Source: a virus (taxonomy: Duplodnaviria > Heunggongvirae > Uroviricota > Caudoviricetes). From it: a DNA stretch of 48,241 bases. The notes beneath the pieces were generated by a model. The model saw only the letters and a program-made list of their open reading frames with translations. It was not told the DNA's origin and made no database searches. The stretch spans positions 1 through 48,241 of the IMG/VR virus record IMGVR_UViG_2617270956_000008; one strand, written 5' to 3'. The translations under genes were made by a program, and so were the position numbers. Positions 30,230-39,136 of the stretch are shown here, one piece after another. Each line of letters begins with the position of its first letter. The first letter of the stretch is position 1.

Positions 30230-30838
30230 CTATAAAATGTGCTCTAGAATCCGCATATTTCCTTCAAAAAGTATTTCCTTTTTTAACGGATCAACTATTT
30301 CACCACTCCAATATTTATGAGCTTTTTCTAAGGCAATATCATACGGTATATCGTCATTCATCAAATGTTCATCACTCGCCTCATGTATAACTCCATCCAA
30401 CTCAACTCTGAACACAGTCTGATTGTCCCCCAATCCCAACTGCGAAATCCAATAGTGAAGACTTTCTTCACCTTGTGAAACCCATAAGCATTTCTGTCTT
30501 GAAGGCTTTTTTGGGTAATATTCAACTCGAACGGCTTCCCAAATCAGTTCTCTAGTATATTTACAAAAATGCATAGCCAATTCTTGACCAACTGCCGCTA
30601 TATCCTGTACAGAACACTTAGTAGTAAGTGACCCTGTCTTTAGGCCATAAAGCCACTGCATTCTCGTATAGTCAGTTAGATGCCCGTTAACATTTACTGG
30701 TATTGGAGGGATGTTTGAACTTAAGAAATAATTAAAAAAGGGATTTGGGAATGAGGTGCTAGCTAAATCTCCTACTGCCAAAGGCCTATACTTAACCCAA
30801 GGATTTTGCGATTTAGTTGCTATGTAAAAATAGTCCAT
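30230..30838 (-). CDS. hypothetical protein (202 aa), AT-rich moron downstream of lysis cassette
   Basis: ORF in AT-rich DNA between Rz and HNH; preceded by two 12-bp direct repeats (CTTACCACTATA on the plus strand at 30844-30855 and 30866-30877). Confidence 0.55.
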   Translation of the reverse strand: MDYFYIATKSQNPWVKYRPLAVGDLASTSFPNPFFNYFLSSNIPPIPVNVNGHLTDYTRMQWLYGLKTGSLTTKCSVQDIAAVGQELAMHFCKYTRELIWEAVRVEYYPKKPSRQKCLWVSQGEESLHYWISQLGLGDNQTVFRVELDGVIHEASDEHLMNDDIPYDIALEKAHKYWSGEIVDPLKKEILFEGNMRILEHIL

Positions 30839-30943
30839 GCGTACTTACCACTATAAAAAAGACACCTTACCACTATATTTTACACAAGCAACCAACATTT
30901 AGCAGCACCTATTCGCAATAACTATTTATTCCAGCAAAAGAGT

Positions 30944-31411
30944 TTACTTCCGACACTGAGTGTCAATATATTCCTGTAACGCTCTCAATGATGCTTGATC
31001 TCTGATAATTCCGGATCTGATACCGAGAAGGTTTCGTCCAGCAATTGGAGAGAGTTCGACGGTGGCATCATTGCCCACGCTGGCGGTGCCGGAGGCTTTT
31101 GTTGTGGCTGGCACTGGACATTTGCCTTTGACGAGCACCCTACCACCATTATCAAGCTTGCGCCGAAGAGCATCATTTTCAGCTTTCGCATCAGCTAACT
31201 CCTTCGTGTATTTAGCATCAAGTGCATCAGCATCACGCTGGCGCTGCTGCATGTCAGTAATGGTGGCGGTCGCCAGCTGCAGCTCACTAACTTTTTTATC
31301 GCGCTGGTCTTTATAGGTGATGGCGTTGTCACGGTAATGATTAACAGACCATGACAGGCAGACGATGATGCAGATAACCAGAGCGGAGATAATCGCGGTG
31401 ACTCTGCTCAT
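30944..31411 (-). CDS. Rz: i-spanin Rz, 155 aa
   Basis: N-terminal half [21 protein letters not shown]...[22 protein letters not shown] closely matches lambda Rz as recalled. Confidence 0.85.
   Translation of the reverse strand: MSRVTAIISALVICIIVCLSWSVNHYRDNAITYKDQRDKKVSELQLATATITDMQQRQRDADALDAKYTKELADAKAENDALRRKLDNGGRVLVKGKCPVPATTKASGTASVGNDATVELSPIAGRNLLGIRSGIIRDQASLRALQEYIDTQCRK
30985..31191 (-). CDS. Rz1: o-spanin Rz1 (lipoprotein) embedded in Rz, +1 frame
   Basis: Embedded ORF with lipobox LIMVVGCSS and a proline-rich stretch KPPAPPAW, as in lambda Rz1. Confidence 0.75.
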   Translation of the reverse strand: MRKLKMMLFGASLIMVVGCSSKANVQCQPQQKPPAPPAWAMMPPSNSLQLLDETFSVSDPELSEIKHH

Positions 31412-31884
31412 GCCTCCATCTCTCTGACCGTTCCGCCAGCTTCTTTAAATTTTGCAATCAGGCTGTCAGCCTTATGCTCGAACTGACCGTAACCAGCCCC
31501 CGGCAGTGAAGCCCAGATATTGCTGCAACGGTCGATAGCCTGACGAATATCACCGCGATCAATCATCGGTAAAGCGCCACGCTCTTTAATCTGCTGCAAT
31601 GCCACTGCGTCCTGGCTTTTGGGGGAGAAGTCTTTCAAACCAAGCTGTTTACGGTAAGCATCCCACCAGCGTGAAAGAAGCTGATAACGCCCGGCGGCTG
31701 TTGATTTGAGTTTGGGGTTTAGCGTGACAAGTTTGCGAGGGTGATCGGAGTAATCAGTAAATAGCTCTCCGCCTACAATGACGTCATAACCATGATTTCT
31801 GGTTTTCTGCCGTCCGTTATCCGTTCCTTCTGACCATGCCACCATATCGAGGAAAGCTTTACGCTGGGAATTTAGTATCTGCAT
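31408..31884 (-). CDS. R: endolysin (lambda R-type lytic transglycosylase), 158 aa
   Basis: Sequence [47 protein letters not shown]... is near-identical to lambda R as recalled. Confidence 0.9.
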   Translation of the reverse strand: MQILNSQRKAFLDMVAWSEGTDNGRQKTRNHGYDVIVGGELFTDYSDHPRKLVTLNPKLKSTAAGRYQLLSRWWDAYRKQLGLKDFSPKSQDAVALQQIKERGALPMIDRGDIRQAIDRCSNIWASLPGAGYGQFEHKADSLIAKFKEAGGTVREMEA

Positions 31885-31887
31885 AAA

Positions 31888-32223
31888 TTACTCCTTAGAG
31901 CCACTAAACTTATTACCGATTACTCGCATTGCAGCTCCACGAATGGCATCAACACCGATCAGCCCAACGCCACCACCAATGGCAACAGAAAGCGATTTAG
32001 GCCATCCGACATACTCAAGCGCGGATGCAAAAGTCAGCGTCAGAGCACCACAGAGCAAAATCTCGAGCGTTTTTCGCTTCCAGCCACCACCTCCGCCAAA
32101 ATAGGCGATACGCAAACCAGCCATAACGATCGACATAATCACTGCCCCCAGCGGGGTGTCTCCACGCCACCAGCTCTGGAACAACTCCAGCCAGTCCGGC
32201 CAAGTATTTGGGTTATGAGGCAT
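31888..32223 (-). CDS. putative holin, 111 aa
   Basis: Immediately upstream of the endolysin; hydrophobic segments and a charged C-terminus. Confidence 0.6.
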   Translation of the reverse strand: MPHNPNTWPDWLELFQSWWRGDTPLGAVIMSIVMAGLRIAYFGGGGGWKRKTLEILLCGALTLTFASALEYVGWPKSLSVAIGGGVGLIGVDAIRGAAMRVIGNKFSGSKE

Positions 32224-32319
32224 TTGTAGTTATCTCTCACCTGCGATTATTTGCGGGTGCTGTGTTGGAAATAAAAAGGCCACCCGAAGGCAGCCTGATT
32301 TAATTATTCACATTAATCG

Positions 32320-33711
32320 TCACTTAATAGGATTTGGTTTTATGTCGTCAAGCCAGTCGTTATCACCTCTTAGCTTGGCTACTCGTCCTTCAACATTAGT
32401 TAACGGTTTATAAGCAGAGTATTTGCCTATAGCCCTAGCAGAATGCTCTCCAGCAACACGATAATTTTGGAAGTCCAACTCAAGTCCATGCTGCTCCGCT
32501 CTCATTCGAATATAACCACGAAGCATGTTTTCTCTAAATCGAAACCAAGATGGACGATTCCCTAAAGCAGGGATGATGATGCATCCAAATGTCGGTTTCT
32601 TCAATGCATTGAACTTTCGCTCAAACGTGGATTTATCTAAAGGTGTTACATCAAGCGATTTGCAAATTTTAACGTACGATTCTGATATATGAGTCTTATG
32701 TCTGGTCAAATCAGCCATATCGGACATAGCCCAAAGAATATGCTTATATGACTCATCACGTCCCTCTGTTGCATCCGTGTAACTTTGCCTTAAAGTTTCC
32801 GAGACTGAATCAATTGCATCATTTAACCCTTTAATGAAAAGGTTGTAATCAACAGAGCTGTATTCACGTATTGAGCTTTGACATGTTAAAAGGATTTTTT
32901 CACAAATAAGATGAATGTAGTTCGGGAACCCGTCACTAAGACCCGCAATTTTATAGCGGACAGAATCATCGACAGTCAGGCCAAACTCATCGAAAGCATT
33001 ATCAATTATTTGAAAACGACCATTCCATGGTAAACTATCGAGATGTACCTGATGTATTTGTCGCTCACTTGATTTATGCCCTCCGATTAAAGTAACGAGA
33101 GAATCACCAATCCCCGTAAAAATTAATTTTACTTCACACGCCTGATCACCAAGTTGTTTAATGAGTGATCCAAACTTTTGTCGTTCTTCATCAGAGTCAA
33201 TTTGGTCAAACTCATCGATAACTATATAAGGAATCTTTGAGTGAACTTTAGTTAAAAATTGCAACGCCCGAACGGCTGCAGAAACTGAGTCAATTTTCAG
33301 TTCTGGATAATTATATTTTTGATTTTGACCAGCATTGATACCACCAATTCCAGCCACATTTAAGCCAAAGCTCCATCCCTGTGTATCGATTTTCTTATCC
33401 TGAGGTGTGCCTCGCAAAATAATGTCATTCATGACACTTGAAAAAGTGGATTCTTTCTCGCAGCCAACCAAAATAGGTTCAGCATCTTCCTGCAGCTTAA
33501 AAGCAACAGTTTGCGCTAAGGATGTCTTTCCTACTCCGCGATCACCATAAATGAAAGCATGCCGACCTGTAGCATAAAGCGCCAATTCGAGATCGGTTAC
33601 ATGTTTTTCACGTCCAAATAACAGTTCCATAGAAACAACTGGACCCGTTGGTCGCAAAACTTTATGCAGTTTATGCATAAAGTCTCGCAAAGAAAGACCT
33701 CCACAGAGCAT
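32320..33711 (-). CDS. P-loop NTPase (AAA/ORC-like ATPase) of unknown function, 463 aa, moron
   Basis: ATG with AGGAG SD; Walker A GDRGVGKTS and Walker B YIVIDEFD; LFGRE motif before Walker A; AT-rich (sampled blocks about 35-42 percent GC); between Q-like gene and holin. Confidence 0.7.
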   Translation of the reverse strand: MLCGGLSLRDFMHKLHKVLRPTGPVVSMELLFGREKHVTDLELALYATGRHAFIYGDRGVGKTSLAQTVAFKLQEDAEPILVGCEKESTFSSVMNDIILRGTPQDKKIDTQGWSFGLNVAGIGGINAGQNQKYNYPELKIDSVSAAVRALQFLTKVHSKIPYIVIDEFDQIDSDEERQKFGSLIKQLGDQACEVKLIFTGIGDSLVTLIGGHKSSERQIHQVHLDSLPWNGRFQIIDNAFDEFGLTVDDSVRYKIAGLSDGFPNYIHLICEKILLTCQSSIREYSSVDYNLFIKGLNDAIDSVSETLRQSYTDATEGRDESYKHILWAMSDMADLTRHKTHISESYVKICKSLDVTPLDKSTFERKFNALKKPTFGCIIIPALGNRPSWFRFRENMLRGYIRMRAEQHGLELDFQNYRVAGEHSARAIGKYSAYKPLTNVEGRVAKLRGDNDWLDDIKPNPIK

Positions 33712-33772
33712 TTTTATTCTCCTGCATTTTTTTCGAAAACTATAACATCATTCTTTTTGGCAAGCCTTTCCT

Positions 33773-33799
33773 AAACGCAAAAACCCGCACAATGGCGGG
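33773..33799 (-). terminator. rho-independent terminator (tR'-like) downstream of Q-like gene
   Basis: Minus strand: CCCGCCATTGTGCGGG hairpin followed by TTTTTGCGTTT. Confidence 0.6.
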
Positions 33800-33850
33800 T
33801 TCTTACTATTATGTTGCTCAGTTCGCTTTTCGTCCCGAGCTTATCACAAT

Positions 33851-34429
33851 TCAAGCACTTTCTTGCTCACTTTGCAATTTAAATCTGTCGCTATTTGTGC
33901 CAAACGCATCACATAGTGGAGCGTACAGGAGCGATTCGGCCAAACTTATCCATGTGTCAACTCGGCGGCGACAGGTAATGAGCGCCCAGTCAGGATGTTT
34001 AATATGAAGCTCATTGGCCATTTGCAACTTGCTCTTACGCAGACGATACCGGCCAACAATCACACCGTATAGAGAACGGTAATCATTATTCATCAGCACC
34101 GAGGCGATCACACCGTCAATCTTCAGGCCTTCATCGTCCGAGCAAAACGCCAGACTACTTTTGTTTTTACTGTTGAGTATTTCGCGCAAATAAGCTTCGA
34201 GCTCTGGTTTCGTAATGCCTGACTTTTTCATACGGCGCAGCGCATCGTTGATTGCAGTTTTGGTAATTTTGCTGGATACAAGCAGTTGGTTAAACATGTT
34301 ACCGCTAGTCCCTCCACTGATATAAGACCAACGCCCCCACATGCGGAGCTTCCCCTGAACCCAGATACTTTCCAGAGTACGAAGACGAACCATTTCACCC
34401 GTTTTGCCAATTTCAGAAGGATTAATCAT
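33851..34429 (-). CDS. putative late-gene antiterminator (Q-like), 192 aa
   Basis: Position immediately upstream of the tR'-like terminator and lysis region, after the DUF968-like gene as in Qin-type prophages; similarity is weak, so the call rests mainly on synteny. Confidence 0.45.
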   Translation of the reverse strand: MINPSEIGKTGEMVRLRTLESIWVQGKLRMWGRWSYISGGTSGNMFNQLLVSSKITKTAINDALRRMKKSGITKPELEAYLREILNSKNKSSLAFCSDDEGLKIDGVIASVLMNNDYRSLYGVIVGRYRLRKSKLQMANELHIKHPDWALITCRRRVDTWISLAESLLYAPLCDAFGTNSDRFKLQSEQESA

Positions 34430-34443
34430 TTAGAGTTCTCCAC

Positions 34444-35436
34444 TTACGCCAGCACGCCAATTGCCAGCGCACGATCAATAAAACGAAATATCAGCTCCAA
34501 CTGGGAGCCATACTTCTCTTCAAATACCACGGTATCCGCATGCAGCTCGTCGTGATGCTTTCTGCACAAAGGCAACACAAAAAGGTCATGCGCTTTTGTA
34601 CCCATTCCACCCTGACCGTGACCTATCAGGTGGTGGGCATCATCAGCAGGCTTTCCACAACATGCGCACGGCTGCGTCTTAACCCAGCGCGTGTACTTTT
34701 CATTAACCCAGCGGCGACGTTTTGGGCGTAACATAAAAGACTCCGGCGACTCCGGATCCACTTTCAGCGCCAGCACCTTTTTCGCTTTATCCTGGATGAT
34801 GCTGGTGGCAGGAACCGAAGGCACAAGGTCACTTTCCCGGGTGACAGATGGCACAACAGGCTTCGGTAATCTCAGTGCCTTACGGGCTGCACTTTCCGGT
34901 AAGGCATCCGCCAGGTCATTACGAACCAGCCACCAGCACAGTTCCGGCATTGTCACAACGTGACTATCATTAAAACCGAGATCCCGACGCACGACAGATA
35001 ACACCCACCGGGCACAGTTATCCGTTGCCATTGATTCCAGCCGTTCCGTGAACTGATCGCGCAGCTGGTTATCACAGTGCCAGCACAACACCATTGCGCC
35101 GGTACCATAACGGTGAATGACGGTTTCGCTGTGATGATAATCGCCGTGTGGCCACTGGCAGGATTTAATATGGCGCAACAGCCAGTCAGACAATGCACCA
35201 GCACCACCAGCAGCACGAATCACCCGTGCGTTACTGAAAAACGGCAGCAATGTTTTGTCTTCCACTAGCGGCTGGCGAACGGCAGGAACAACCCCGGACG
35301 GCAGATTACGCATGCTTTTCGGTTCCGGCTCCACCAGTACCCGGGTATTGTGGAATACCGGCATGGATTCACGGCCCGGCTTAACGATCACCAGCCCGAG
35401 TTCCGGTACCAGAACAGGTCGAAGTAATACCCGCAC
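34444..35436 (-). CDS. DUF968/YdfU-like protein with C-terminal HNH-like Cys/His cluster, 330 aa
   Basis: GTG start with GGAGG SD; C-terminal CACCGKPADDAHHLIGHGQGG...CRKHHDELH. Confidence 0.6.
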   Translation of the reverse strand: MRVLLRPVLVPELGLVIVKPGRESMPVFHNTRVLVEPEPKSMRNLPSGVVPAVRQPLVEDKTLLPFFSNARVIRAAGGAGALSDWLLRHIKSCQWPHGDYHHSETVIHRYGTGAMVLCWHCDNQLRDQFTERLESMATDNCARWVLSVVRRDLGFNDSHVVTMPELCWWLVRNDLADALPESAARKALRLPKPVVPSVTRESDLVPSVPATSIIQDKAKKVLALKVDPESPESFMLRPKRRRWVNEKYTRWVKTQPCACCGKPADDAHHLIGHGQGGMGTKAHDLFVLPLCRKHHDELHADTVVFEEKYGSQLELIFRFIDRALAIGVLA

Positions 35437-35437
35437 G

Positions 35438-35716
35438 TTACCTCCAGATGCGTTGCTGGAATGTGCGGGACGGACGCGGTGGGCGTTCAGAGTAAGGAAG
35501 CCTGACGGAGATTATCCAGTGACGATAATCGAGGCTGAGGGCTTTCCTAAACTCATACCCACGTCTGCGGTAGTTCTGAATCAGCCATTCGGCCTGTTCT
35601 TCAGTGCATGGGGCGTGCTGGAACCAGTCAGATTTGAATGCATGAGAACGCCGCCCGTGCCTGCTGGCAAAGACGGCTGAATTATCAGAATTGTGTAGTC
35701 TGGAATTTTGCGCCAT
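35438..35716 (-). CDS. hypothetical phage protein (92 aa)
   Basis: ORF coupled to the downstream gene (TAA then GTG). Confidence 0.4.
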   Translation of the reverse strand: MAQNSRLHNSDNSAVFASRHGRRSHAFKSDWFQHAPCTEEQAEWLIQNYRRRGYEFRKALSLDYRHWIISVRLPYSERPPRPSRTFQQRIWR

Positions 35717-35782
35717 CGGCTTTCTCCGGTGGCACAGTGTTACTCAACAGGGGTTCAGCCCTGCGCTGAATTGTAGATGAAT

Positions 35783-36046
35783 TCACTCATCTTCAAAAGC
35801 AGAAAAACCAGCCTTAATCCCAGCTTCTTTCAGAGACGGCAACGATGTGACAAATTCATTTGCACGCAAAATAAAACCATCCGTCACAAGCCCATCCACA
35901 AAATGAATTAACGCAGCTCCACTCTTCCTTTGTTGAGACTGTAAACATTTAATACGGCAGTGGCTGACAATAGCGCCATTCTCAACGCGCACAGTATAGA
36001 GGCCATCTTCACTAAAAATTTCACGTAATTCTTCGATTTTCATCAA
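35783..36046 (-). CDS. hypothetical phage protein (87 aa)
   Basis: ORF between hokD and the DUF968-like gene. Confidence 0.45.
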   Translation of the reverse strand: MMKIEELREIFSEDGLYTVRVENGAIVSHCRIKCLQSQQRKSGAALIHFVDGLVTDGFILRANEFVTSLPSLKEAGIKAGFSAFEDE

Positions 36047-36163
36047 CAGAATCCTTCCAGATAAATAGCACTCCCCTGTTCGGGGTCCATCCCTCTTCTC
36101 CCTGCGCGCTACTTAAGTATTTTTGATTCTATTCCGGCACAATCTAAAACTTCAAACGCGTTG

Positions 36164-36193
36164 AAAATAAAAACAAAAACCCGCCGAAGCGGG
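36164..36193 (-). terminator. rho-independent terminator downstream of hokD
   Basis: Minus strand: CCCGCTTCGGCGGG hairpin (UUCG loop) followed by TTTTTGTTTTTATTTT. Confidence 0.65.
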
Positions 36194-36263
36194 TTAAGTG
36201 CGGGTGCGTTGAGGATGCCTGACACATCAGAGGTGGCGAGGGATTTCTCCCCCGCCTGGTCTC

Positions 36264-36419
36264 TTACTCCTCAGGTTCGTAAGCTGTGAAGACAGCGACC
36301 TCCGTCTGGCCGGTTCGGATTCGTACCTCGCAGAGGTCTTTCCTCGTTACCAGTGCCGTCACTATGACGGTTAAACAGATGACGATCAGGGCGATTAACA
36401 TCGCCTTTTGCTGCTTCAT
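36264..36419 (-). CDS. hokD: Hok/Gef-family type I toxin (HokD/RelF-like), 51 aa
   Basis: MKQQKAMLIALIVICLTVIVTALVTRKDLCEVRIRTGQTEVAVFTAYEPEE matches HokD/RelF as recalled; AAGGAG SD 9 nt upstream of the internal ATG. Confidence 0.85.
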   Translation of the reverse strand: MKQQKAMLIALIVICLTVIVTALVTRKDLCEVRIRTGQTEVAVFTAYEPEE

Positions 36420-36630
36420 AGCCTGCTTCTCCTTGCCTTTCGGCACGTAAGAGGCTAACCTACGTTTGTGAAGCATAGATTGGGCCTCAGATTAATGTTA
36501 AACGTCTTGCAGGACGCGTAATGTTAACTGGGGCTTTTCTCTATCTGCCGTTGGTGTTCATGCCCGAGGCAGATAGCCTCAAGCACCCGCAGCAATTCTA
36601 CTTAACTCACGTCACCTCGCCAATATAAAA

Positions 36631-36720
36631 TCAATCAGAGAGGTGATTCATAAGAACGATAACAAGACAATAAATTGCCATTACTGCCGCAATAGCCAGC
36701 GCACATTTCAGAACCAGCAC
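36631..36720 (-). CDS. candidate small hydrophobic peptide (29 aa)
   Basis: GTG start 5 nt after GGAGG; peptide MLVLKCALAIAAVMAIYCLVIVLMNHLSD; lies in the hokD upstream leader. Unverified. Confidence 0.25.
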   Translation of the reverse strand: MLVLKCALAIAAVMAIYCLVIVLMNHLSD

Positions 36721-36962
36721 GATGACCTCCCATATTTGACGTACACGCGCATGGTTCAATATGTAGCAACCTATTTCTTGCTTCAATATAAAATCAGGTA
36801 TTGTTGTATAACTATTTAACTAACTCCCTATCCCCACATCTCAGGCGCTCAACGTCTGTGTGCGGGGCGTTTTTTTAATACCTCACATCCAGTGGCAAAT
36901 CGAATACACCACCAGCGCCACCGCTATTGCAATTCCTACCGTTGTGAATGCTTCAGGCCAGG

Positions 36963-37478
36963 TCATCGCAAAACATCCTCCGCGCTTATCAGTTCGTTCC
37001 GCTTCAGGTAGTCCATCGCCTTCTCCGGTAATTTGCAGTCTGGATTAGCTTTTTTCAGTTGACTGACCAGTCGTTTAACCCACATTGTTAATTCGCCAAC
37101 TTGGTTACTGGATGCTAATGGATTGTCGGCTTTACCCAGAATGACAGCACAGCAGGCCTCTTTGAGAACCCAATCAACAGCATCTTTCCATACTCCTGTT
37201 TCGACTGGTGGATTCTCACGCTTTACCTGTTCATAAAAGCGCACGGCTTTAACCAGTCCTTCTGATGTCACCGGGACTGGCGGGCCGATGAATAAGGCCT
37301 GAATTTCATAGTTCGGCCTGTCGTTACAATCCTCTTTTGTCGGTACATATTTCCAGTCACCAGCCCACGGCTTCCCCTGAAAGTCTGTAACGTCTTTTTT
37401 CACGTAGCGATATCGCCATGCAACTGGTTTTGCCTGCCCTGCCGTTTCATGCCCTTCCTGATAATTAATCTCGCTCAT
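36963..37478 (-). CDS. hypothetical phage protein (171 aa)
   Basis: ORF coupled to the upstream small ORF by an ATGA overlap. Confidence 0.5.
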   Translation of the reverse strand: MSEINYQEGHETAGQAKPVAWRYRYVKKDVTDFQGKPWAGDWKYVPTKEDCNDRPNYEIQALFIGPPVPVTSEGLVKAVRFYEQVKRENPPVETGVWKDAVDWVLKEACCAVILGKADNPLASSNQVGELTMWVKRLVSQLKKANPDCKLPEKAMDYLKRNELISAEDVLR

Positions 37479-37651
37479 TCATCGCCCCACTCATCACAAT
37501 ATGCTTCGACCGGAGTTTTTCCTGCTTCATAATCATCACGCCATGCTTCAGCATCAGCAGCACTGCCACCACGTAACTCTGCATAGTCCATTAACAGTTC
37601 ATGCCATGCTTCAAAACTGACGTTGTATTTAGTTGAACCAAAATCAGCCAT
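37475..37651 (-). CDS. small acidic protein (58 aa)
   Basis: Not in the ORF track; ATG at 37649-37651; stop overlaps the next gene's start. Confidence 0.4.
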   Translation of the reverse strand: MADFGSTKYNVSFEAWHELLMDYAELRGGSAADAEAWRDDYEAGKTPVEAYCDEWGDE

Positions 37652-37826
37652 TTTGCTCTTCCTCTTCGTCTTTTATTTCGTGATATGAGTAATTGCAGTA
37701 GTTAAAGAAAATATCTTTTGCTTCGTCATGTATTTCATCAGGCGTCGCATCATCATCCACTTCGAATTCATCCTCGAAATCTCCACCGGCTATTCCCGTT
37801 TCAATAATTATTTTAAACTTTCGCAT
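37644..37826 (-). CDS. small acidic protein (60 aa)
   Basis: ORF preceded by the SD-hairpin module. Confidence 0.4.
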   Translation of the reverse strand: MRKFKIIIETGIAGGDFEDEFEVDDDATPDEIHDEAKDIFFNYCNYSYHEIKDEEEEQNG

Positions 37827-37833
37827 TTAACTA

Positions 37834-37849
37834 CCGCCCTTTCGGGCGG
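37834..37849 (-). promoter_or_regulatory. GNRA-tetraloop hairpin (mRNA CCGCCCGAAAGGGCGG) inserted between SD-like AGGAGG and start codon, copy 1
   Basis: Minus strand reads AGGAGG-CCGCCCGAAAGGGCGG-TAGTTAA-ATG. Confidence 0.4.
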
Positions 37850-37919
37850 CCTCCTGATGTTCTGAGGGTGCAGAAATCCCTCCGGTTAAGGATTAAATTT
37901 TTAACAGAGCTAAATTTAA

Positions 37920-38276
37920 TTATTCAGTTCTGGATTTTGTCGCCCTGCGTATCCGCGCTTTCGCGTTACGCTCAATCTGAATTAGCTTTTCTATATTTTT
38001 TCGCCTTTCCCGCTCCTCCTGACGCAAGAGCCTTACATCATCTGCCAGTCTGGTTTCTCTTTTCGCCACAGAGAGCATCCAGTCAAATGGCTCCACAACT
38101 GCACCGCAGATTTTACAGCGGACCTGACGCTCTTTTTCGTCAACCCGGACAGAGGCGTGATGACAATATGGTCTTTCCGATGGCTCATAAAGAAAATTAA
38201 CCTGATTACGAGGGTCATCCTCTTTTACCGGAAATAAAACGATATTGCTTAACTCATCCTCTGGTTTTATTTCCAT
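37920..38276 (-). CDS. putative zinc-binding small protein (118 aa)
   Basis: Internal ATG with AAAGGAGAGGAG SD (the track start is GTG at 38333); CHH ... CKIC Cys/His pattern. Confidence 0.5.
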   Translation of the reverse strand: MEIKPEDELSNIVLFPVKEDDPRNQVNFLYEPSERPYCHHASVRVDEKERQVRCKICGAVVEPFDWMLSVAKRETRLADDVRLLRQEERERRKNIEKLIQIERNAKARIRRATKSRTE

Positions 38277-38397
38277 GCTCCTCTCCTTTGATGCGAATGC
38301 CAGCGGTAATTGAAGCCTGATAGCTAATTTCACTCACAGTACCGCCTCCTGAAAATTTAATGAACAATTCAATACGTTCTTTGGTAATAGTGGTCAT
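38254..38397 (-). CDS. candidate small ORF (47 aa)
   Basis: ATG with GGAG SD directly after the upstream stop; overlaps the start of the 118-aa gene. Confidence 0.3.
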   Translation of the reverse strand: MTTITKERIELFIKFSGGGTVSEISYQASITAGIRIKGEEHGNKTRG

Positions 38398-38407
38398 GTG
38401 TTACTCC

Positions 38408-38671
38408 TTAACCCGCAGTGCTTTCAACTGATGAGGGGAACAAAATCTTTTCATCAAACCCTGCATTCATATCATGAACAGCAACACACCAATCCATCGA
38501 CGAACGATTATCAAGAGCCTCCATGATTTCATCCATGCGGCGTAGGTCATACAGGTAAATGCTTTTATCGCCAATGGTGTAAAAGCCAATTTTTTTCGGT
38601 GATGGACAGCGATCAAGAACTTCCTGTAATTCGTTCAACCATGCCCGTTCTTTTTTTGTCAAAGTTGCCAT
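38408..38671 (-). CDS. hypothetical phage protein (about 87 aa)
   Basis: Internal ATG at 38669-38671, 1 nt after the stop of the upstream gene. Confidence 0.45.
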   Translation of the reverse strand: MATLTKKERAWLNELQEVLDRCPSPKKIGFYTIGDKSIYLYDLRRMDEIMEALDNRSSMDWCVAVHDMNAGFDEKILFPSSVESTAG

Positions 38672-38672
38672 A

Positions 38673-38891
38673 TCAGTTTTCCTTATACGGATTAATTTTA
38701 TTGTGCAGTGTGTTGAACGACGCCCATACAACGTCGGTATACAATTCAGTAACTGGCTCAATTATTTTCCCGATTGCCCAGACAAAAATTAGAGGGGATA
38801 TCGGTATCATCAATACGATAAACAGAATGAGAAACAAAAATTCTGTTGCCCTACTTTTTTGCGGATATTCTTTTCTGAATAATGTAGTCAT
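38673..38891 (-). CDS. small membrane protein (72 aa), possible Kil-like or exclusion function
   Basis: Hydrophobic core FLFLILFIVLMIPISPLIFVWAIG; preceded by the SD-hairpin module. Confidence 0.5.
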   Translation of the reverse strand: MTTLFRKEYPQKSRATEFLFLILFIVLMIPISPLIFVWAIGKIIEPVTELYTDVVWASFNTLHNKINPYKEN

Positions 38892-38897
38892 TTCTTA

Positions 38898-38913
38898 CCG
38901 CCCTTTCGGGCGG
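38898..38913 (-). promoter_or_regulatory. GNRA-tetraloop hairpin between SD-like GGGAGG and start codon, copy 2
   Basis: Minus strand reads GGGAGG-CCGCCCGAAAGGGCGG-TAAGAA-ATG; identical hairpin to copy 1. Confidence 0.4.
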
Positions 38914-38923
38914 CCTCCCGACA

Positions 38924-39136
38924 TTAATCGTTGTGGTAACTCATGGCTTCATTTGCAGCATCAACCGGATCAACCTCCCACCAGCAATAATTTGGTGCGT
39001 TTCCTTCAGGTGTCCACGGTTCTAATTCATTTTTTGCCACATTCTCGTCGCCAGTAATTTTAAAAATCTGCTCAGAGAATTTTTTCACCCACTCGTTATA
39101 TTTTTCAGTGTTAATAATTTTCTGTGTATTTGACAT
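38924..39136 (-). CDS. hypothetical phage protein (70 aa)
   Basis: ATG with GGAGG SD 7 nt upstream, inside a repeated roughly 60-bp leader element. Confidence 0.5.
   Translation of the reverse strand: MSNTQKIINTEKYNEWVKKFSEQIFKITGDENVAKNELEPWTPEGNAPNYCWWEVDPVDAANEAMSYHND

Noticed and set aside
36420-36476. Upstream in-frame extension of hok (70-aa ORF)
   Set aside because: Hok-family toxins are about 50 aa and the internal ATG has an AAGGAG SD; the extension may correspond to a leader or mok-like reading frame and not the toxin N-terminus.
38277-38333. GTG start of the 137-aa ORF
   Set aside because: The internal ATG at 38276 has a strong AAGGAGAGGAG SD, and a separate small ORF occupies the upstream segment.
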